Source: Halocafeteria seosinensis (Eukaryota). From it: 64,000 nucleotides of DNA. The stretch's first letter is position 1. Each line of letters opens with the position of its first letter. Shown one piece after another: positions 55,675-64,000 of the stretch. Below the pieces are notes generated by a model. It worked only from the letters and a program-made list of their open reading frames with translations, was not told where the DNA came from and ran no database searches. The position numbers and the translations under genes were made by a program. The stretch lies in contig LVLI01000143.1 of NCBI GenBank assembly GCA_001687465.1, positions 1 to 64,000 on the forward strand, given 5' to 3'.

Positions 55675-58195
55675 GCTCTAGATGAGAATCTATCAGAGCT
55701 TCGATTGCTAGTGTCGGTTCGGAGACTCGCCTTGACCGGATAGAGCCTATCCGAGCACGCTATAGACTTATAAGGTGTTTCGTGGGGAAGGAGAGAGTGA
55801 AGATAACGGAAAATGGCCGGGATTTCCCGACAGTGGCCGTCGACGATAATGACGCTATTCCTCTTCCATACAATGCACCATACACCAGGACCGCCTGTAT
55901 CAGGTGGTATTTTTCATGGTAAGGATATTCCTCGGCGAAGATGCCCTCTGGGGAATAGCCGAGGGTTAACTCTGGAAGGGAGGTTAGAAGACGATGACAT
56001 ACCAAGTACATACGGAAGATGCAAACAACTAGAGAAGGAGGTTCAGGAACAAAGCGAGCGTGGTCTCAGATGGTTCTCAAATTGTAGAGCAAGTTAGGTT
56101 CAAGTGGACTTCCGTCAAGAGTCTGTGCAGCATAGAGTCGATGCTCTCGCACCAGATACTGGGTAGTTGCTGACGCTGAATGCTGGGGCAAAATGACTCG
56201 ACCACTGACGAATGAACACCACAACGTTGCCGCCTATTTGCCCCCGCCTTATTGTTAAGAAGGCAGCAGTGGCACAATGAAGTGCTGCGTCCCTCGGTAA
56301 CTTTAGACTTCACGAGATTGGATTCCTGGCCATTGATCAACTTGCGGGGTCTTGATTGCCAGGAAGGAATAGAACAAGAAAGGGACGTTTCGGGTTAGAG
56401 GAAGGTAATGGAGTGAGAGGAGGTATCTCATGAGATTCTCATCTGCCAGTGGATTTACGCTTCCGAGAGTGTGAGTAGGAGCAAGCCGAAGGAAGACGGA
56501 GAAAAAGAAATCGAAGAAGATTTCTATCGACCAAAAGCATTTGTACAGCATGTTTGGTGGAGTTGGTGGTTTTCGTGCTTTTGGATTTGGTGGTTTCGTA
56601 CTTTGCTTGCCTCCGGCTTCACGACTGTTGATCCAGAATAGAGCTGTCTGTTACGGGGCGCTGCCCGATAATCCTGGATGAAGGAACGGATGCCGATGAC
56701 CCATATAGTAGTTCCGCACAAGACTTCCCGGGGTGAGCAATGAGGTTAATGCTCCAGGAGGGATTATAAGGCTACCGTTGGGTGAAGACTTGCACCAGAG
56801 TATTGCAAAGCACGCACCGTTTGGCCGCACTTCCAGGTGTCTACTTCTGCTACTGCATCACGGGGAGGAGGATGCAGGAAGCAACTGCTAAGGAGGTGGC
56901 GGATTTCAGTGCTGCGCGGAACTTGCTTCAGCAGGTGATTGGCCTTGCAAGACCTCCCTCTTTCGTTGACTCTGAGTAGTCAGACGAGCAGCCCCTGTAC
57001 ACCGCAATCCGCGTGTACCTAGTTCCCACGGCATTGAAACTCGTCTTACCGAAAAGACATCGATAACTGTCCTTGCCAGCCTTGTTTTCTTGCAGGCTCG
57101 AGTATAACACACTAGTTGTCCGCAAAGGAGAACTCCTAGTGCTTCTATTGCTCGGTCGACGTCCTTCGGAGCGCAGCTAAACTTATTCTCCGCTTCAGTC
57201 CAAAGCAGATCACCTGGTACACAAACGTGTTGTGGCACAGGATGTGGATTAATACCTGGAGAGTTGCTTTGGGGAGTGATTGTCTAGGTACGTCCATTAT
57301 CCATTCTCGGCGAGTTGCTTCCGATCCATTGATTCGTCAGTTACACTAATGTGCTCTGCTGTTGCTGCTGTTGGTGGATTACGTTGAGGAAGTTCTTGAT
57401 CGCTCCTTAGTTATCTGTGGACCAGCCCTGGTAGAACTATTGGCACATGAGGATTGTGGTAGGCGGGAAATGATGCTCATGGGTGCTACTTGGTAAGCAT
57501 TGTTGGCAAAAACAGCACTTTCGTTGTATCATCCAACTATGCTATTTGTCGGAGCAATGAATACCGGTAGGTAATGCGAGAGGACGTCGATTTTTCCGAT
57601 GATGGCTGGTGAGCACTTACTGACGACCTGCCCCCCATTTCCGTACTAGCACCTAGAGATGTAAGCAGCGCCGCTCGCCGAACCGTTCGAGTTATCGTCA
57701 TTTCTGGAAGTGCTAGACCAGCAAAAAGAAAAGCCTTCATTGTTCGGTACTGCTGTAGTAACATGTGTCGCCATTGTTACTGCTAATAAGTCGCCGAGGC
57801 CGCATCACCGTCGATCCATTCCGGTAAAGTTATAAGCGAGCTGGATCTACTGGTACTGTTACTCGAGGGTGAGGCTGCATCTGCACACTTGGCGGTTCTC
57901 CCGTGGCTTTCTGATGCCCAGAAAGTCCAAAAATAAACGGTGGATGAGGGGATGGGTAAACGCTACAGTATGCACCTACTGAGTCTAACGATGTGCTTTC
58001 CAGATAAGTTGCAGGGCTCAGTGTGGATGAACTTGTATCACATTGCGTCGAGTCAACGTTGCTGTTGGGTACATAATAATGTTTTGGTTATTTAGCTTCG
58101 AGTCCCGCTGCTGCAAAAAGGATCACGCATTAATTATTGGGTTACGCCTCAGCGTTTCTCTTTATTAATTCCTTGAAATGCCTTGCCAAGCATCT

Positions 58196-60764
58196 TCAGC
58201 CTTGTACTGTGCGCTTGGGTCTTTGAACAGGCAGAACAATGACCTTGTCAGGCTGATCGTCTGGTTTACCCGTAACCGAAGCGCTATTTGTCTTAGAAGT
58301 TGTCGGCATGGAGCTTCATGTTGGAGTCAAGCTCGACGATGACGTACCTGTCATAGTCGGAGAACTAGTGGCAGAAGATGAAGCCGAGCGAGTAGATGTC
58401 CAGGTTGGTGTAGCACTTGCAGTACTTGACGGCGTCTCCGACCTTGTCGTTGTCGCTGATGGCGTCGACATCGGTGAAGGAGTAAGAGATGACGGTGGTA
58501 ATTGACAGCAAATTCTCCTCTTCGTCGTCACTTTCTCCTCTATCTAAAGCCCATACGTCCTCAGACCATCCTCCCAATTGATATAGTTGCCCCTGTATAT
58601 CGGTTAAATCATCTGAATTGTCTGTCTCGACGAAGTTCGTTCCATCATTCACTCCAACGATCGATGCCGCTCCTCCATTTCCATTATATACCGAATATTT
58701 CACGTGAATTGTACCACTCACTTCACTTAATATGTGTCCTATAATACCGCCAGCATCCGTTACAGTGACTGAACCTGATGCATACGTATTTGTGATGTAG
58801 ACATCACCTGTGGGTTCGCCTGGTTCCCCTCCTGTCCTGTGTCCTGTAATACCTCCTGCTCGGGTGCCACTAATATCTCCTCGTGTATAACAATCTATGA
58901 TATGTACTTCACCCGAATCCTCTGCTGTATCACGCCCACTAATCCCTCCACTACCCCCTGCAGATATTTGTCCCATACTATAACATTCCTTGATATAAAC
59001 GAATCCATTGGTATGACCAGCATTCTGACCCGCAATACCACCACTGGCGTGAGCACCAGGAATGATATCTCCTGTGGAATAGGAACGAGTTATATACACT
59101 TGACCATTCGTCAAACCAGCACCATTTCCACAAATACCACCTGCAACTTGTCCTTCAATAGTCCCAGTGGAATAACAACCCGTGATATTGGCAATCCCAT
59201 GATTATATCCTACTTGACGCCCTGCAATACCACCTGCCTGACCACCCAGTATCATCCCTGTCGAATATGAATTCGATATCTTGATTTGACCATGATCATG
59301 ACCACTTCGATGACCACATATGCCACCACCTCTACCAGCAATATCTCCTGATGAGCTACATGAGTCTATGATAAAGAATTTCTGCTCTTGTTGGACAATG
59401 AATCCACCTTTAACTGCAGTTTCCCCATTCCTAACATCAAGATTCCGAATCAACGGAGCTTGATCAAACGATACAGCACTACTCAGTATCGTAAACAATC
59501 CTTGGAAACCTGTTATTCCCGTCAGATCTATGAAGTTCCCATTCTGCCGACCACCGTCAAATGTCTCATTCGCATCCAAGGAGATGTAATCTTGATTCGT
59601 ATAGCCATGATCACCCCATCTCAACACACTACAATTCATTTCAAATTGGTGTTGAGCCGCATTACAGTGAAAGCAGGATTCGTTACCATTTAGAATTGCA
59701 GATCGTAAATCTGTTGCTACTGCCTCTTTCAAAAGAATGCAACCGAAAAACAATGACGCCAACAGAATCGTCGTTCGTGACGAAATATTACCGGTACTTT
59801 GCACTACGTCAGCCAGGGACGCTTTTAAATATGTTCCATGCGGAAGTAGTTTCATTCTCCTATTACGGAATATCCATGGAAATTTATATCGCAAGTGAGA
59901 AGCTTTTTCCAATGGGTTACTGGGGGGTACCGAAAGAACTTCGTCTCCGGGAGTTGTAAACTTCCAACCCAATGCCTGTAAAACCAGCACTGATGCGATC
60001 AGCAGGCTGAATAAAACAAGCAGTGATTTCTCTTTTGGGATAGTCAAGGCGTGGAATCCAAGGTGCGTCGGGTGATCACAAAAGCGAAATATCTGTCGGA
60101 ACCTACGGAGTGGATTCATATCGCTCGCTACAGTGCTGGCGGTCGTTAAAGCAACACCTTTTCGTCCACTCTCAACCAGCTTGTTCCACCAACGGACATA
60201 GTCGGTCGTTGTCCAATGAAACCTTGGATAAAAGTCATCCTTCACTTCGGGGTGTGCATTCGTCTCAGATGTTAGCAACCAATGACCCATGAACTTCATG
60301 TCACTAGTACTCTCCCGCACGACGTTGGTCGCTGCCAGATGAACTGGATCTTCCGGGAGAATTATACTTAGACCCTGCAACCTTCTTCCCGTATTTAGAA
60401 GTATGTAGTAGTCACAAGACAACATCTTGTGGGTCCTTTCTCCTCGAGATAACCAGCCAAACTGAACCGGCATCGGAAGCCAATGGACATGGTTTCTACG
60501 AATCGAATAAGATGACAGCACGATACGAACAGAGTAGGCGAAGCGATGCACACTCTGGCGAGATCCATACACCAGGAAAGTATCACACTGAGAAGAGAAT
60601 ACCGGTACGCATTGCTCACCGGGATTGGATTTGGGACCGTCCGCTTGCTTTCGCTCATTGTCGGATATCAAGTGAGGACGGACAGCAATGAAGGCAACCC
60701 CAGTCAACATCAGCGTCCATTGAAAGGTGGACGAAGATGATATACGCTGGGTGGGTCGTGCCAT
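58196..60764 (-). pseudogene. GLUG-like Gly-rich repeat protein, paralog 3, with a frameshifted C-terminus (open 60764-58365)
   Basis: The core aligns closely with paralog 2. Relative to paralog 4, 14 nt are missing at 58505/58506, which removes 'PILRF' and shifts the frame. The ancestral tail frame also has a TGA at 58316-58318 before the ancestral stop at 58196-58198. Confidence 0.75.
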
Positions 60765-62944
60765 GGTTACAGTACTGTATTAAAAAGTTGAGAACAGGCC
60801 GCGCTATACTTTTCCTTGTTGTTTCTTCGTCGAACAGTACCACCTTGATCCTTGGATCCGTCGAACCAACGACGGCGACTCATACCTTGACGCTGTAAGG
60901 GGACATCTTTCGACTTTTTTTTTTTTTAACATCACGAACATTTTGGGACGCAATATTCGTGAAGTTGTTTGTTCGAATGTCGGTCTCGGACATTGATGGC
61001 CACCTACGGTCCGTCAATTCTGGGCTGGCTGGCCAGGGTTGGCCTCGGAGGCTCCGTCAGCCGCTCCGCTCGATGTTGTTGCCAACCTCCGCGAGGACGC
61101 TAACGCAGAAGTTAAAATAGCTGTCATATGTACCCTTGACGATGGAATTTGATTGTTTCAATATATTTAATGTGCGTATGTATGGAATCAAGCAATAACT
61201 GAGTTTTAGCTGCCGGACGCTTCTGGCTTTCGACCGTAACCGCCGTTTGTTGCTTCGGACCGAGGACGTGGACAGAACGAGTGTATACGCTTCAGCTCCT
61301 TAAATGAAGCAAAGAAGTGGTTCTTTAACACATCTATCAGGATCGCTATGACGTATTTCGATGCAAGGATGTATATGCGAACTTGCTTCTTTCCTAGCTC
61401 TGTATGGACCGCGTAAGCCTCTCAGGGGGGATTCAGCCAGATGCCTTCTTCATACTCCTGTCACTGTGCATGTAGCTCCCAAGCAGACCATCTTACGTCA
61501 ATAAGGAGTGGATACAATGCATGCGTAAGGAAATACTTCGAAGAGATGTACGATAGACTGTTTCCCGAGCAGTTGAGAGCGTCGAGAAACCAGTAGCTTC
61601 TGCGTGGAACTTGCACCACGGGCAGTATATGCAGGCTCCTATTCCTACAGGTAATCAACCCAACGCAGGGAGAGCCACTCCCTTTTTCAAATGGTTGCAA
61701 TAGGACTGCAGACTTCGGTCATGGACTGAGGAAATGCCTCTCGGAAGCGACGTGATATTCTCAACCCGAGGAAGAATTTTTCGTGTGGAAGAGACTGTGC
61801 ACCTCGAGTTAAGACAAAGTTGTCCAACTGGGAAGCGTTGGCACCCGCCGTACTTCAAATATGTCCTTTATTTGCTTCTTTGGCCAATTTTGGTGAGACC
61901 CATTTCTTTGATGTTTGCTGGATGGAGCGCTCCTGCTTCTGAGTGCGGGAGCGTTTCGACGCATCTCACAGCTACTACTGTGTTTAGAAACAAGGCATTG
62001 TGGAGAAGCCACTCCACGTCACGTCACGTCTATCTGTTGGGTGACCAAACCTACATGTAATGAATCTGATTTCTCTTTTCAACCCTTCGGAATCCAGTGT
62101 TTAGCCCACATTAATGGAGAGGACTCCACTTCCTGCGAAAGATATGGGTTTCGTAGTGTCTCCGGGAGTAGAGGAACGAGAGTGAGGGAAACTCATTCAC
62201 TGGGAGTCCATGGAACATTGTCCTTCCTGTTGTCCCGGGAAAAAAAATACCATGTTACCATGTTACGGACTCCTATGAAGTCACGGTTCTGGTTGGGGAC
62301 CAAGCTCCGGTGGTGGACTGTTATCTACTTCCTCGTCGTCCAGCAGGGTGGGGTGCCGAAGGCACTTCGAACCACTAAGGAGTTTATACTGAGTTGCGAT
62401 CTCTTTGTACTCTGTTTCTGGTTGCAGCTGAAGACGACTCTTCCGAGAGCGGCATGTGGATGCTTGCTATATCGAGAATTCGCGAGAATTTCGGCTATCG
62501 GTATCAGCAGAGCGTTTCGGAGACTCTACTCAACAGTCCAAAGAGCTCCGCTGGGCTATCCACAGTATCGAAGACTTAGAGAGGCCTGCCAAAGCCGAAC
62601 TATTTATGAGTCATTTTTTTTAGCCGTCTTTGGACCGACAGATTTGACGGATCCCTAACGCGGCGCCAAGGACCACCTGTTGGTATAGTTGACATCCGTC
62701 CTCGCTTTTGAGTAAGATTGCTCGTAGATATACAGTGAGTCAAGAAGCAGGAGGAGGAATTGGAATTCCAAACCAACTTTTGTCGTCGTGGAAATGGCAT
62801 CGGCGAGTGTAGCTCTTGCTCTTCGTTGGTTGGCTGGCAGCCAAGCCCGACATAACAAGAAGTTATCACGCTGAGTGTCCGATCATACTGCACTGGGCTA
62901 TGATAGAAAGAAAATCGAACAGAAATGCGAAAAGAAGCCATGTA

Positions 62945-63110
62945 TGGATGAAGGCAGGTGGCATCAGTGGGGATGGACGCATGGGCGTGTCTTTACATGT
63001 ATCTCCCGGTCTTATTTTATTCGACAGGGAATATTATGGGCACTTTCGGTGGTGGTATTGTAGGCAGTGATGTGGGTATGCAAGATGGATTTGCCCAACG
63101 CATGGAGTGA
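62945..63110 (+). pseudogene. Degraded fragment of a GLUG-like paralog
   Basis: Broken frames read 'AGGISGDG', 'ISRSY' and 'STGNIMGTFGGGIVGSDVGMQDG', matching the family repeat (paralog 1: 'YISRSFSTGTIYGVRSGGITGDGAAYNDG'). Confidence 0.7.
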
Positions 63111-63548
63111 TGGTGCATGGTTGGTCAGGTGGCCTCAGGAAGAGGCTACAAAAGACGAAAAAAAATACGCAGAAACAAAGACCAGTTGCATGAAGGAATT
63201 CTCGGATGGTTTGACAGATTAGGTATTGAAAAGATGATAGCATAAAGCGAATTCACCCTCTCGCATCAGTTGCGTACTATGTTATTTGGCCTGAAATATT
63301 GAGGCTTCTTAGTCTAACGAAGCCGAGCTTCATATGTTTCCCAGATAAGTTGAAAGCTCAGTCTGGATGAACTTGTATCATATTGCATCAAATAAGAGTC
63401 AACACTGCTCTTGAGCACATACTTAATTAACATAAGATTGTTAAGTTTCGAGTCCCGCTATTTCCAGAAAAATATCACTCATGCGGCTATTGGGTTGCGC
63501 CTCAACATTTCTCTTGATTCATCCCATGCAATGCCTTGCCGAACATCT

Positions 63549-64000
63549 TCAGCCTTTTACTGTGCGCTTGGGTCTTTGAACAGGCGGTACAATGACCTTG
63601 TCAGGCTGATCGTCTGGTTTACCCGTAACGGAAGCGTTATTTGTTTCTGAAGGTGTCGGCATGGAGCTTGTTGGAGTCAAGCTCGACGATGACGATGGAG
63701 TGGCACTCGCAGAGGGGGGAAAGCTGCTTGAAGGAGTCTCCGACCTTGTCGCTGTCGCTGATGGCGTCGACATCGGTGAAGGAGCAGGAGATGACGATGG
63801 TAATTGAAAGCGTAGAATCGGCAGCAAATTCTCCTCTTCGTCGTCACTTTCTCCTCTATCTAAAGCCCATACGTCCTCAGACCATCCTCCCACTTGATAT
63901 AGTTCTCCCTGTATATCGGTCAAATTATCTGAATTGGCTGTCTCGACGAGGTTATCTCCACTATCTGTCCCTATGATCGACGCTGCTCCTTCATTCCCAT
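63549..64000 (-). CDS. GLUG-like Gly-rich repeat protein, paralog 4 (3' end only; continues beyond the window)
   Basis: 'TDIQGELYQVGGWSEDVWALDRGESDDEEENLLPILRFQL...PVQRPKRTVKG*' is near-identical to the 3' end of paralog 3, and the 3' flank is shared as well. Confidence 0.85.
   Translation of the reverse strand, partial: GNEGAASIIGTDSGDNLVETANSDNLTDIQGELYQVGGWSEDVWALDRGESDDEEENLLPILRFQLPSSSPAPSPMSTPSATATRSETPSSSFPPSASATPSSSSSLTPTSSMPTPSETNNASVTGKPDDQPDKVIVPPVQRPKRTVKG

Noticed and set aside
60990..61110. GC-rich patch as a structured ncRNA
   Set aside because: No tRNA, snRNA or other recognisable fold or motif; more likely promoter sequence of paralog 3.

Overview
This is eukaryotic genomic DNA from a gene-dense protist-like genome (roughly balanced GC, short GT-AG introns mostly 60-110 nt). 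No rRNA, tRNA or CRISPR array was recognised. Conserved genes, mostly spliced: a Frizzled-CRD/NIPA Mg2+-transporter fusion, an EF-hand/WD40 protein, a TOG/CLASP-like protein head-to-head with a kinesin across tandem E2F-like sites, a dynamin/EHD-like GTPase, an NHL-repeat protein, an HRD1-like E3 ligase, PTH2, an NCA2/DGS1-like protein and an intronless LRR protein. The accessory content is more unusual. (i) A large LRR-mucin-Cys-rich multi-TM receptor has its N-terminal LRRs encoded one per 72-nt phase-2 exon. (ii) A family of Gly-rich GLUG-like repeat proteins occurs as four copies plus a relic, in different states of decay. (iii) A 12.9-17.8 kb island holds an orphan ORF built from 111-aa repeats and a 1.35-kb non-coding element with perfect terminal inverted repeats and a dense GAGTRRGAGTA motif array. 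(iv) The HRD1 RING has lost all four ligands of one zinc site while keeping the other. All family assignments are by motif recognition; no database search was run.
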